DNA from: Hydrolagus affinis
Lineage: Eukaryota
Assembly (NCBI GenBank): GCA_012026655.1
Contig: JAAILG010000618.1
Span: forward strand, 1-64,000
Direction: 5' to 3'
Length of the DNA: 64,000 nt
This document shows positions 37,310-50,526 of this stretch, in pieces. Below the pieces are notes generated by a model. That model saw only the letters and a program-made list of their open reading frames with translations, had not been told where the DNA came from and searched no databases. The translations under genes were made by a program, and so were the position numbers. Within the stretch, counting starts at the first letter, position 1; each line of letters starts with the position of its first letter.

Positions 37310-39049
37310 ATAATACAGGGTCAGTACACTCTAGAGTATGTCCGTTATCTAAGATAATTAGCACAACAAGCAAATGGGGAGATTAGGAGTAATATTTTCA
37401 TGGACAGAGTTGTTATGGTACACTCTGCTAGTTGCTGCGGTTGAGGCAATCCATAGTAACTTTCAAAAGGGAACAAGATAGATATCTAATGGGAGTAAAT
37501 TCAAGGAGCGTGGGAATATGGCAGGCAAATGGGATAGACAGGACTGTTATTTAAAAGGAGTAGAACAGCCATGATGGATTGAATGGTTTTCTTCTGTACA
37601 TTTCTATGGTTCCATGGTTTTCTCTTTTGAAGTTCTTTAAGCATCGTCCCGACATGAAGAAAGCTATACCGAATTTAAGTACAGTATCAATATGAGTAGT
37701 ATTCTCTCGGATCCCCATTTGCCAGCAAACAAAATATACAGTCAATTCACTTTACATTATATTCTGTGAAGCATGGTGAGGTATCTCAATGACGTGATAA
37801 GGCATTATATCAAATGCAAGGGTTATAATTATGAACAGTGATATTGCTAGCTGCAGACCCATCGGGTCCCACTGTAAGGTAGCACTATATATGTTCTGAG
37901 GTACTTTGGACTGGTGCCATATCATTACAGTTCTTTAATTTAGTCAACATTCATTTTCCATTGAGAGTTCTTTTTCTCATATTGAATTCTCAGTAACAAG
38001 TAAGCACTGATTGAATCTGTTCCATGACAAATTAAAAAAAATGTAAATGATCTTTCATTCTAGAACAGAAATAATGGGTTTACAAGCATAATTTCACAAG
38101 TGAATCAAATTAGTGCAACATAAACAACATGAGAAAAAAAACATTTTAAAGTTAAGATTCAGAGAAGGGGAATGAAAGCGAGATATATTATAATGGGGAA
38201 AATGTGAGATACTTTTTGATACAGATGGAGTGGAATTTTTTTTCAGATCCTGCACATTCACCTTGCTACCAAACTCCACTATAATGTATAGTGGTGTCAC
38301 TGGTGTTTGGTGGAAGAACACTGCCGCCTATTTACACACAGCAACGTCCCGCAAACAGTGAATAATAAATTTTATTTGGCTGATTGTTGGCCAGGACATC
38401 AGTAGAATCCTTTTTCTATTTTCATAGCATCTTCAAAGTTGGAAAGATGTGTCAGAATGCTTCAAAGGATAGTAACGTCTATAATTGTGTGTTTTGTAGG
38501 CAAATGGTCTGAGCCTTACCATAGTTGCTTTAAATATAGATGTGTCCAGAATTTGGGAAAATTCTTAAATTCAGCTTTAATATGGAAGCCAGTTTTGTGC
38601 CGTTCTTAAAAACAAAGGGATTGTATGAGGTTAGGGGGCCTTATTTCAAAAAGAAGTAAATATAGTCCTGCTGCCCTTATGGATAGAATTAACTGAAGCA
38701 TCACTGGAATAAAGATGTCAATATATGTATGAATGTGCTCTAGAGTTTAGGGCATGTTTACAAGGGGCACACCATGGTTTCGTAAGAAGATCGATTCACA
38801 CAATTTAAATTTAAGGAAGGTGAAAAGGATATGCCAGAAACCTGGAGATGGCAGATCAGAGCAGGATGGTCTCATCAAGCCTCTTCCTTCCACTGATAGA
38901 TAAATATTTCAATAAAGAGGAACAATATAAAAGGGTTTGGGGAAAGAGTGGGGAATTGGGATTTGAGTAATTAGCTCCAGCGAATAAACGTACACTAGCT
39001 AAGGCTTAATGGGCCAAATAACCCATTCCTCTGAGCTGGTTAGAGATGA

Positions 39050-39603
39050 TTAATGTTGGTAACACACTTGCCTCCGAGCCAGAAGGTTGTGGGTTTAAGC
39101 CTAATGTTATGATTTTGAGCTCAGAGTCACACACTGGGCTGTAAATATGCAGCCTTTTTATATTCCAGGAGAAACCAGCAAAATGTTAATGAACATAGAA
39201 TCATAGAAACATAGAGTTTTACAGCATGAAAGGAGGCCATTCGGCCCATCGAGTCTGTGGCGGCTCTTTGAAAAGAACAATTCAAAGTCAATCCTACTCC
39301 CAGCTTTCTCCCTATAACCCCACAAACCCATCCTCTCCAAATAACCATCCAGATAACATGTGGAACAAATTACACAGAGAAGGTTTACACAGAGTTTATG
39401 CCGGTGTCCTGCCCCAAAATCCCCCAAATAATATTGGTTATTTACTCCATGGTTGTTTGTTGGACATTGCTGTGTGGAAACTGGCCGCTGTGTGTTGCTC
39501 TCAAAATACACAGTTGAACCACTTTACAGTATATCCCATGAAGCCCTTTCAGATGCCTCGATGATATGATAAGGTGCTATATCAACTGCAAGGATTATTA
39601 TTA
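39050..39603 (+). mobile_element. Deu-type SINE with a minus-strand CR1 tail inserted at ~39190-39350
   Basis: SINE head gttggtaacacacttgcctccgagccagaaggttgtgggttt and tail atatcaactgcaagg(att)n. The CR1 tail catagaatcatagaa...ggaggccattcggcccatcgag lies inside. Confidence 0.7.
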
Positions 39604-39729
39604 TAAAACAATAACATAGTTTCATGTAGGAGTAGACTTTTGATCCTTCTGGATAAATTATTGAATCATTCAATTTCCTTCAACACATCCATGTTAACTA
39701 ATACTTCCCAAACCTTTTAATTTCCACTA

Positions 39730-39995
39730 ACTTTCTTTGGGCAGGAAACCAGGAGAAAATTTTTCATCTAGTACCCTGGGATTTTTAACGTCTATCAAAA
39801 CAGGCAGATGGACCCTGGTTTAATGTCTTATCCAAAGGCTGACAGCTCTAACAAGGCAAACCATCCCCTCACTCCAGTGCTGCAATGGATGGAATTTCAG
39901 CTGAGACCATATCATTCTATAGTCTACCCTAAAGGTAGGGCTTAAACCCACAAACTTCTGACATAGATACAAGTGTGCTCCCACTGAGCAAGGTT
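39730..39995 (-). mobile_element. Deu-type SINE (5' part)
   Basis: Reverse of the Deu core (acaggcagatggaccctggtttaatgtc) and of the head (cccacaaacttctgac...gtgctcccactgagc). Confidence 0.65.
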
Positions 39996-40039
39996 GACTG
40001 CTTTAGGAGAATATGAAACACACATGCTCGTTTGTTTAA

Positions 40040-43000
40040 GAAGTTTGAGATTTGTATTCTGAAGAGAAACATCATGTTCAAAGCCTTTTAATTGAACACT
40101 TACCCAGAAAAGGCAGACACAATGGTTGACCAGTTTGACTCAGGTGAAAAGGTATCACTCAAAATTTGTAACTATGAACATTTATGGACAAAATCATCAG
40201 CAATATATTTGTAGTGGAGATCACAGATAATCGCACACGAAGATTCCTTAGGGAACATAATCTGATTCTTCAAAACATGTATTGGTACTTGCTTGGCAGA
40301 TGAGATAGCAAACCAGTAGATAATGTAAAGTGCCTCGGGATTCTGCAGAAAATTATGTTAAAGAGAGATCATATGCGAAAGCATGTAAGCAAAATGCCAA
40401 GAAGTAATGGATCTCTGCAGCTGCTATAAGGAATGACACTGAGTCTTATGTTCCAATTCTGCAGTGATACAAAAGACCTTGAAACGTCACTAAAGTGCAA
40501 ACACTGTGGGCATTAGAATAAACCAGGTCAGTTCTCTGCTTGTGATAAGCATGTGAAATTCATACAGTTTGCAGGTGGTTTGTGCAAGTATGAATATTCA
40601 TGAGGGAGAATGGATCAGTTGAAAGTGAATATGAAAATTTATTTATTGGTTCTATGACTAGCAGCAAGTCAGTGGTTTCTGGAAATGGATAAGGAAAAAA
40701 TATATAGTGTTTAAAATAAATAGCGTTATAGTACGGTGAACGGATTTGAGGATCTGAACGCTGTAAGATTTTAAGAAACAAAACAACGGACTTTCTACAC
40801 CTGGCAGAGCAAAATTGTTGCTTAGGGGAAAGTCTGTGTCACAGCACAAACATAAGGGCAACACTGCTGTGCATTGATGTAGCAGACATGAATTTAGATC
40901 TGAAAGTCTTTGTAGATACAGAATTCTTAAAGTTGCTAAGGAACAATGGCAAAAATGAACCATTATTTATTGGCCCAAACAACAGCAAATTGCATTTATA
41001 TAGCACTTATCATGTCGAGTGGCTGTCCCACAGTAATGTGTTTAAAGGTATTGTGTGTCTTAGTGAGTTATATCACATGAAGATAAAGCTCTTTCTTGGG
41101 ATGTGGGCCAACATTTATTATTCTTTCTCAGTTGCCCTAAAATGGTGGCGTTGGGTCTTCTCCATAAACCACTGCAGTTCTTGTGCTCCCATGATGTTGT
41201 TCAGCGAGGTCTGGGATGTGGGCGGGCCTGATGAAGGAGCAACGGTAGCGTTTACGTTAATAAAAATAATAATAATCGTTTCATTGGACATAGCTTTATC
41301 ATGTCGTCGAAACATGTTGGGGAGATAAAGAGAAGGGAGTTACTCTCTCTCTCTCTCTCTCTCCTGGTGTCCTGGCTGACAATCCCCCAGATAAAATGGC
41401 TCGCTTACTTCACAGAGATTTGTGGAGATATCACTGTGTGTAGATTGGCTGTTCCATTCACTCACAAAACATAGTTAACTTCACTATAAAATTGAGATTG
41501 TTCAACTGTATGATAAGGCTGTGCATCAAATTGCAGGATTATTATTATTGTTGTGCAGAATCACAGCTTTATCTTGTTCTCTTGTATTCAAGTTGCTGGG
41601 ATATGAGTGAGATCATTTGTAAGTTATCTGTTAATATTGTTTTGTTAATGTCCACATTCTTACAATGGGTAAATAATATACCGCCTCACCTCTCCCTCCA
41701 CCCTTGTGGAGTTTGTGAGGTTTGATTTCAATTTGCTGGTGGGACAGGACAAAACCTAAGGGAAGTTTCCTTACTCACACAAACAAGTCTCGGTTTACCT
41801 AGCAGTAAGTAGGAACCTGCTTGTTAGTCGATTGGTGGATCACTTTCTGGGAGTAATAATCCCTTCAAAAAAATAATAATACGGTCATTTAATTTATGAC
41901 CGTTTGTGGGACAATGCTATGCGTAATTGCCTTCCATGTTTCGCAGAGAAAACAGTCAGTACACTTTACAGTATATCCTGTGAAGCACTTTGAGATGTCT
42001 CAAAAACAACAACAACAACAACTTTGATTTATATAGCGCCCTCCTATATAGGGGACGGCATCTCAGAGAGTCTCGACAACATGATAAGGTGCAAATGAAA
42101 GGGGTATTATAATCATTGGTATTATTATTATTATGATTATTATTGTGCCTTCCTTAAAAGATATGTCTTCCATTGGAAACTTTCTCCTCTGCCTCATCTC
42201 TCTTCTCTCCTCTACAACTCAGGCTTTCAGACCCGTAGTTATGCTCCCAAAATGGAAGGAGACCCAAAGAGGTGCATGTTTGTGGTTGAATACAAACAAG
42301 GCCTTGACAGCTGGGTTTAAAGCCAAATGTACAAAAGGAAATAAAAATACACATTTTAAAGAAATCAAATACGTGACTGGTTTTCTGATCTAATGTGTAA
42401 TGAAAGGATTTCAGAGATTAGTCAAAAATATAAGGGATTCCAAAAATGTAGCCTTCAAAATACACAAAAAGATTTGGATTGATTTGGAGGTGTAGTCATG
42501 TACCTTGGGAAAAAATTATTTCAAATATGTTAGACTTGATATAACCAATTTGACATCTACTATTAAAGGGCAATTTGACATCCACCGCTATTGAGCGACA
42601 CCAGAGGGGAAACATTCAGGTAGATATCATATGAAATATAAAGAAACTGGTAACTGATAGAAGTTGAAAGGCACCAAAGTATTATGGTATGTCACAAACA
42701 GTTAAGTTATTGGTTGATCTTTCAATTATGGCGAAGAGCAGTTTTAATGCAAAATAATAAAACTGTGATTGATGTATTAAAGGTGTGTTCAGTCTCCGGA
42801 GTTAACATTATGTTAACATTAGATCTAAACCAGTTAGATGTGAAATCAGAAGACATTACTTCACACAAGCAGTTGTGAGATTGTAAAACACACTCCTACA
42901 GGAGGCCATGGATGGAGAATCAATTGAGTGCTTAAAAGGAATACTTATGAAGTAAGAGTATTAAAAGATGTAGGAAAGGTTAGAGGAAAGGGAAAAGAAA

Positions 43001-43570
43001 TTGGATCAAAACATCTACCACAGCCTATTGAAGTGGTGGAATAAGGTTAACTAGCTGACTAGCTCCTGTTCCAGTTTCTTAAGTAGTTTGTTTTTGGTCA
43101 ACTACAAAGGAGATTGATCATGTGTAGATTTTCACACAAATCCTAGTTAATACTACTCCATAAATGTAATCTATTTTTGCAGATGTGGCACAATTTTTAG
43201 AAAAAAAACTGTGAGAAAGATGGATATTGCCAATTTTCCAGGCTGTCTGATTGAAGATAACGTAATGGAAATGGTACTGGATGCTCAAGCACATGTGATG
43301 GTGCCCAGCTTACATGTAATTACACAAAAGCTGAGAGAAATCACGCTCGAGACAAATGAAGATAAGAGGTTAACAGTGCAGGCTGGCCTGATTACAATGG
43401 AAGAGGAAGGAAACCAAAATGACATTATAAGTTGCTGTGTGAGAATACTACAACTGTAAACATGAGCAGTGTGAAGCAGATGGACTATTAATAATGAATG
43501 GCAAACTAATCATTTGAACCTCAGAGGGCCAAGAGCTACTGAAAGGCCAGCTATAGAACATCTTGGTTGC
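40040..43570 (+). mobile_element. Highly decayed Gypsy-type (K02A2.6/Mag-like) LTR retrotransposon: gag-PR-RT-RNaseH-pre-integrase relic split by later insertions
   Basis: Ordered motifs: gag NIFVVEITDNRTRRFLREHNLILQ (40202), KCKHCGH (40493), FKINS at the protease position (~40710), VFKGIVCLSELYHMKIK (~41038; compare DVFxGLGCLPGEYHI), FGGVVMYLGK (42483; compare FLGMVxYLGK), VKLLVDLS..RAVLMQNNKTV (42701), then QKLREITLETNEDKRL and EYYNCKHEQCEADGLLIMNGKLII...HLG (43443-43567). LTRs were not identified. Confidence 0.7.
41745..42110 (+). mobile_element. tRNA-derived SINE (older subfamily) with an L2 tail inserted at ~42003-42068
   Basis: aaaacctaagggaagtttccttactc...gtttgtgggaca...tgtgaagcactttgagatgtc, interrupted by (caa)n ctttgatttatatagcgccc. 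Confidence 0.65.
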
Positions 43571-43579
43571 TAGAGTCCT

Positions 43580-43755
43580 TTATTACAATCATCCACGACT
43601 TTTTGTGGGACACTGCTGTGCTCAACTGGCTGCCGTGTTCCACCCACAAATATACAGTCAATTCACTTTACAGTATATTCTGTGATGCGCTTTGCGACGT
43701 CTAGAAGATGTGAAAAGCGCTATATCAAATGTAAGGATTATTATTATTATTATTG
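43580..43755 (+). mobile_element. 5'-truncated SINE2-type copy
   Basis: tgtgggacactgctgtgc...cagtcaattcactttacagtatattctgtg...gctatatcaaatgtaagg(att)n. Confidence 0.8.
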
Positions 43756-44202
43756 TTAAGTCTGAAAAATGGCTGGTTTTCAAGTCGCCACTGTCAGTGG
43801 CTGAAAGAATGACCTCCAATAGTGGAGCTGGAGGGTGGGTGGGGTTGGTGAGGGATGAGCTGGAGGCTGGTTCTAGTCAAGAGGGGGCACCGGGTGGTGG
43901 ATTGAGGAGTGAGGCAGTCGGAGAGGTGAGAAGAGTGAATGGATTTGAACACAAGTGTGAGGATTTAGAAGTTGATCCATTCAGTGATGGGGAGCCAGTG
44001 GAGCCTGGCCAAAACTGGAGAGATGTGGGTACGCAGTTTGGTCTGGGTCAGTATGCACTTATCACTACATATTTCCACTACATGTAGCAATGCATAGACA
44101 GGAAGTAATACAGACTCCATCCCTGTACACTACATTAATTAACAGCATTTACCACTGATTGTCCAGCTAGGATCACCTGTTGTGACCTGGACTTGCAGGG
44201 TT

Positions 44203-44550
44203 AGGAACATAAGAATAAGGAGCAGGAGTAGTCAATTCAGCCCCTCAAGCCTGCTTCGCCATTCAATAAGATCATGGCTAATCTTTTAATCTAACTCCAT
44301 CTGCCCGCCTTATCCCCATATCCCTTAATTCCTCTATCCATAAGAAATCTATTAATCTCAGTCTTGAATATGTTTAAAGACTGAGCATCTATCTACAGCC
44401 ATTTGGAGTAGAGAATTTCATAAATTCACTACCCTCTGAGTGAAGTATTTCCTCAAATCTGTTTGAAAAGGTTGACCCTCAATCTTAAAACTGTGACCCC
44501 TAGTTATAGATTCTCCTACCAGAGGAAACAGTCTCCCACTGTCTATTCTG
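44203..44550 (-). mobile_element. CR1 3' fragment (second subfamily)
   Basis: aggaacataagaataaggagcaggagtag...ccattcaataagatcatggct...gtagagaatttc...ctctgagtgaag. Confidence 0.8.
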
Positions 44551-44684
44551 TAGGTTTCTGTAAGATTATAAGGTTAACAGGAACTGGAAGTGCTGTTATT
44601 AACTGGTATATAATTAGTGTCAGTGCAGTGTTCCCTATACATAGGCTGGCAAGATTTCCCACTTCAGAATGTCAAATGACATTC

Positions 44685-44882
44685 TGTTAATCTGCGACCA
44701 GGGCTTTCTCTGCCTCCTTATCCTCCTTGACCTTTCTGCTGCCTTTGACACAGTAAACCACTCCATCCTCATCCATCACCTCTCCTCTCATCTCACCTTC
44801 ATGGTTCCGTCCTTGAATGGTTCAGTTCGTACCTCTCACACCGCCTCCACAAACAGTTTCTACTCCAGCCCCCACACTGTCT
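44685..44882 (+). mobile_element. L2 RT fragment
   Basis: LLILLDLSAAFDTVNHSILIHHL, the conserved L2 RT motif. Confidence 0.85.
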
Positions 44883-46067
44883 TAGAATCATAGAATCTTA
44901 CGGCACAAAAGGAGGCCATTCGGCCCATCGAGTCTGTGCCGGCTCTTTGAAAAGAGCAGTTCAATCCCACTCCCCAGCTCTCTCCCCATAACCTCGCAAA
45001 CCAATCCTCCCCAAATAAATGTCTAGCTCCCTTTTAAAAGTTGTTACCGAATCGGCTTCCACCAGCTTTTCAGGCAATATATTCCAAATTTGAACAACTC
45101 GCTGAGTGAAAACATTTCTTCTCACCTCCCTTCTGCTTCTTTTAGAAACTATTTTAAATATGTGACCTCAAGTCACTGATATACCCACCAGTGGAAACAG
45201 TTTTTCCCAGTTTACCCTGTCGAATCCCCTCATGATCTTGAAAACCTCTATTAGGTCTCCTCTGCTCCAATGAGAATAAACCTAGCCTCTCTAGCCTTTC
45301 CTCAAAACTGAAGTCCCTCATTCGTGGTACCATCCTGGTAATTCTCCTCTGCACCCTTTCCAATGCCTTAACATTCCTTCCTAAAGTGTAGTGACCAGAA
45401 TTGAACACAGTACTCTAGCTGAGGCCTAACCAAAGTTTTATAGAGGTTAGTAAGAACTTCCTGACTTTTGTACACTATGCCCCTATTTATAAAGCTTAGT
45501 ATCCCATATGCTGTTTTTATCCCATATGCTGTTTTTAGCCTTGTCTACCTGTCCTGCCACCTTCAAAATCCCCCAGGTCCCAGATTACACAATCCCCCAG
45601 GTCTCTTTGTTCCTTCACACCTCTTAAAATTGTACTATTTAGTCTATATTGCCTCCCCTCATTTCTCCTCCCAAAATGCATCACATTTCTAAGTGAAGGT
45701 CTATCTTGTCCCTAATTATAGATTCACAAAGTTTCCCCACTACTGATGTTAGACTGACTGACCTGTAGTTCCAGGTTTGTCCTTCTGCCCCTTTTTGTAC
45801 AGGGGAGTAACATTAGCAACCTTCGAGTCATCTGGCATCATCCCTCTGTCCAAAGAAGATTGAAAGATTACGACCAGAGACTCTGCTATTTGCACCTGTA
45901 CTTCTCTTAGTAACCTAGGATGCATCCCATCCGGACCGGGCGATTTATCTACCTTGAGCGCCGTCAACCTTTTTAGTACTTCTTCTCTATTTATACTTAT
46001 CCTATCCGTTTCCTCTACCCTCTCCTCCGGAGCTGTGGCATTGGCTGCATCCTCTTCTTTTGTGAAT
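44883..46067 (-). mobile_element. CR1 (HER1-like) LINE, 5'-truncated with an internal deletion
   Basis: Tail tagaatcatagaatcttacggcacaaaaggaggccattcggccc. The minus strand encodes LERVQRRITRMVPRMRDFSFEERLERLGLFSLEQRR and LKVDKSPGPDGMHPRLLREV...ANVTPLYKKG. Confidence 0.92.
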
Positions 46068-49000
46068 ATGCCTGGTACTATTTGTGAAAATTCTTTGACT
46101 TTAATTGTTCCTAATTTTTATTTTTAAACTGATTACATGGCCAGACAACCTTAGGGCATGTAAAGGGTTTCCTCCCGGTGAGTCATGATTTCAGCTTTAA
46201 TTTCTTCCTATTAGCTTTATCCTTTTGAGGCCTGAAGGGACACATGAGCCTGGTGTAGAATTTTCTACTGGAAAATGTAGGTTTTGTGTTGGACACGGAT
46301 TAAACAAGCAGCTTTCCAGACTTTTTCTCATTCTTTATAATCCAGTTCCTTCAACCAACTCTCTCACATTGGTTTTTAAATTACACATATTACACTGGGA
46401 ATTTGTACTTATTTTTGTTTGATTTCTCTATTCTTGTAGATATACTTGTTGTTGTAATATCCGTAGCAATTTTGTTTTTAAAAATGTCCTTCACATTTGT
46501 TTTGAACATGCATTGTGATTGGGAATATCTATAGTATAATGTAGTGTGGTCATCTCAATATCTGCTCCAGTTCTTTAAATGAAGAATAGCTCCTGTATTT
46601 TGTATGGCTGCTTTCTCCTATGTGCCCCACATGGTGGAATGTGGTGTTTTGCCTGAGTTACAGGCAATACAAGCTACTGAGTTGAGACACGTTGCCATGT
46701 TTTCTGCTTATTGAGCTGCAAGATGGAAAGGAGGAATAATTGTACACTGCTTTATTTTCAGCTATTAAAACCAGAATATTTATTTTGTGATAGTTTTCCT
46801 CAAGATGGATATTGATTAAAAAATGTATTCAAACTGCAGTTTTAAAACCCTTGTAATAATTGCAATGATATATTTGGAGGAGGGGAAAGTGTTAAGATAT
46901 GGATGAGTTTGACATACCACTGAATGGTAAAGTTGCTAACCTTTCCTGTGTGCTTATAATAATTGGGAAATCCCACGGCAAGGTCGGTATTCCCACAAAG
47001 TGGAAAATACGGTGGCATTTTGCCTCATCAACACCCGAACAAAATGATTAATGCCCCCATATCTGGAGCTGATTCTGTTCACTCTTGATATCCATGCTTA
47101 AGGCAGCAGTTGCACAGTACAGAAATTCCTTATCCCTTAACCATTCCACACAGACGTCAGTGGCAGGTTGTTGAACACATGATGAACAGTAGGTCTATCT
47201 AGGTTCCAGGGTTTGGTCTGTGGTGATTTATGCATAGCTTCAATGGCTGCGACAGTCAAAGACATTTAAAAATGTCCAACCTTGACCCTCTTGGAGATGA
47301 GGTAAACCTCAGGCCATCACCCCAGACCATACTGAAATCTCTCCCCTCGAACCACAGTTCACTCCTGCCTTTAATTTGAACTCATCTTGTGAATCATTTG
47401 TGAATTAGCAAACGAAAATTGTCACTGAAAAACCAAATGCTACTGTTTGTTTCCAGCCTTGCAAGTAATCCATCATATTATGAAAGAGCAAGTGAAGCAA
47501 AGAACAGACTCCCTGAAGATCCCTTAGAAATAACACTATTTATTGTTACCTTTACTTCAATAGCTTTTCACAAACACACTTAACTTCAAGACTGACACAA
47601 TGACTTTAATCTTACATTACATGGAACTGTTTGAAAACCACTTACTCCACTGTAGGTTTCATGCCATTTAATACTGACCTAAATGCAATAATCGTTAAGT
47701 GCAATGACCTTGACTTCTGACCTGAAAAAAAGTGCATCATCCAAGGTAGTATTGTGCTGTATTGCCTTCTGTGTCTCTTTGAATCCTTTTGATTGTACTT
47801 GTGCTGAAGGAATAAAAAGAATCAATGTGATCACTGTAATCTCTTACTCACGACATACCACTGTCCAACAGCGTTTTAGATGAAATCCATCACACAGATT
47901 TCAAATAAAAGCATGAACGAAGGCTGACCTTTGTTAAACAAAATTTCATTTTGCAATGTTGAACCTGAACCCCAGTCATTGACTTGCCCCAATTTTTTTT
48001 TACGAATTGCACGGGTCTGAAGAGCTGAGTGAGAAAAAAATCGATCATGTGCCTTCAACCTTATACCATCCACAAAGCGCTGAAGTAGAAAATAATAGAA
48101 ATCATTCTCTTCAGCATTTTGCAAACTGTTTCTGTTTTCCTTGTATAAAACCTAGCTTGTGCCTTTTCCTATGAATTGTTTTTTGTTTTGTTTCAACCAG
48201 CAATAATCAATACATGACTTAAGTCAATAGAGGAAGTTGTGGTTTCTGCTATGTGTAAAGTACCCGCTTGAGGCAGAGTCCATTAATTATTTTAAAGGAT
48301 GGATACTTTAAAATGAGGAAAACAGTAGAGTCTTGGTAGGTCCATACATCACAACTTGCTATAACATGGCACGATCGACAGTCAGTGCTTCTGCATTCAC
48401 CGTGCACACTGGTGGGAAGACAGCTGGCTCCATCAGCCTCCCAAACTGTACTGGAGATCAAGATGGTCAACTTACAGGTCATCAGGTTGCTACCAATGTT
48501 ACTACATACTGCACTAGTGAGGCAGCCAATGTGTGCATTTTGAATTATTAGGGTAAGTAAATGTTAGGACTTACATCCTAACCAAACTATAGGTGAAGCT
48601 GAGTTATAATCAAGTGTGTTAAAATAGGGTTCTATTGAATTAAAGGTGAGCGACCAGGAGAGTGCAATTAAATTAAATGCTTCACGTGGAGAAAAACTTG
48701 AGTGCTGGTATAATGTTCTGAATGGCCTGTTTTGGGGCCATAATTTAACAAGAATTCTAAGCTGATGTTGTAGGCAGGATCATTGGTATTGGCAAGTTTA
48801 CACTGTGTCTTTTTGCCTGAGGCAAACAATGGACACAATGGGGCCGCCGGGTGAGTAATAGCTCATGCCTGGTTTGTCTAATTTCTGGTCCTGTACTACG
48901 AGAAGCAGCAGCAGCACCAACAACAACATCAAATTGTCTTTCTATAGTGCCCTTCAGTCATAGTTTGGAAGTCAGTCCTCCGCAGTTCATAAAACTCAGG

Positions 49001-49426
49001 AGGGCAAAAGCGCCCATGGAAATGTCAGGCTTTGGGATTTCAGGCTTTCCAACTGGGTCTATATTACTCTAGTTTTGGAGCATCCTCAATTTGGCAGATA
49101 CAGTTTTAACTTTCAAACTGGTTTTCCTGCAGTTTTTAAAACAAGCATACAGGGGAACTGGCTTCAGAATCAAGGTTGCACTTTAAAACTTGCCACATTC
49201 TGGATGTTCTGAAATGCTGCATAAACTGATAAAATGTATGACAAAATGGAATACATCTCCAAACCCCCCCACCCCCCACCCCACCCCTGCCACGTGTATT
49301 CAAACACTTGAACCGAAAACTGAGTGAAATGTACAGCTGTCTCCCACCCTGGGTAAACAAGATCTCAGTGCTTCTTCAAATTGCACCTGAAGACTTTCCT
49401 CTTCGGGTCTAATTTGAAAAAAAAGG

Positions 49427-49660
49427 ACGAAACCTTGGGCAAGTTTCCTTACTCCACACACCTAATAATAATCTAAACCAAAAAAACACAATAACAAAAT
49501 TGGTTATTTCAATCCACAACTGTTTGTGGGACTCTGCTGTGCACAATTGGCTGCCAGATTTCACCCCAAATATACTTTACAGTATATTTTGTGAAGTGCT
49601 TTGAGACATCGATAAGATGTGAAAAGCACTATATCAAATGCAAAGATTATTATTATTATT
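49427..49660 (+). mobile_element. 5'-truncated SINE2-type copy
   Basis: cgaaaccttgggcaagtttccttactccacac...atatcaaatgcaaag(att)n. Confidence 0.85.
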
Positions 49661-50526
49661 CATCAGTCATTGTAAAACCAATTTGACAGGTTCAGGGTGC
49701 ACTGGGGGACTAGTATGGCAGTGTTACTGGACTCGGCTCTGTGTTGATTTTAGCTCACTGTGTGGAAATTTGCTGCCTCCTCCCCACAGACTGCTGTACA
49801 TTTTAATTGTTTTGTATCGCACCCAGAGACTCATAAAGCAATAACATCAGTGGGGCAGACATTCCCAAAACAGGAATTTTTACATCCTGGGAAGCCATTT
49901 ATTGAAATCTCTGAAACACATTATGTCGCTAAATCCTGCTATGAAATTTGGTCAACTTGCACACCTTACATTTACTTTCACAAAATCCCAAGAGAGGTTT
50001 GGATGAAGAAGGCCCTTAAGCCCATTTGATTACATCATTCAAGAATAGCCATCTTACAGATAAGATGTGAAGGAGAAAAGAGAGGTGAGGATCAAATTAA
50101 GGTTGCACACTGCTTCAGTGAGTTTGAGAGAGGCCATGGAGGTCGAGTAGATCAGAATACACTTTGGGGATCCTGCTGGAGTTTTAAAAGGTAAAAACTT
50201 GCAACTTGCATTTTGAACACTCTCTGTCTGACAAACCTCCTGCTTGTATCATCCTATCCATTAGTGCTTTAACTTACAGGGATGACAAGAGTTGAGTGGG
50301 AAGAATCCCTGCCCCCAGTGACCAGTCTGCCTCTCCAAGTCCAGCTGATCTAACAATTATCTATTGTGTCACTCCCTTTAGTCCTTTGCTAATACATGTT
50401 TATGTCTTACTGTTAATATCAAGTGACATCAAACATATCCTCTACTATCTAGTCTAATGTCCTGATAGTTACCTCACATTGACCTAGCTGGACAAGTACT
50501 ATGTATGCTATGGAGTTGCCAATTTA

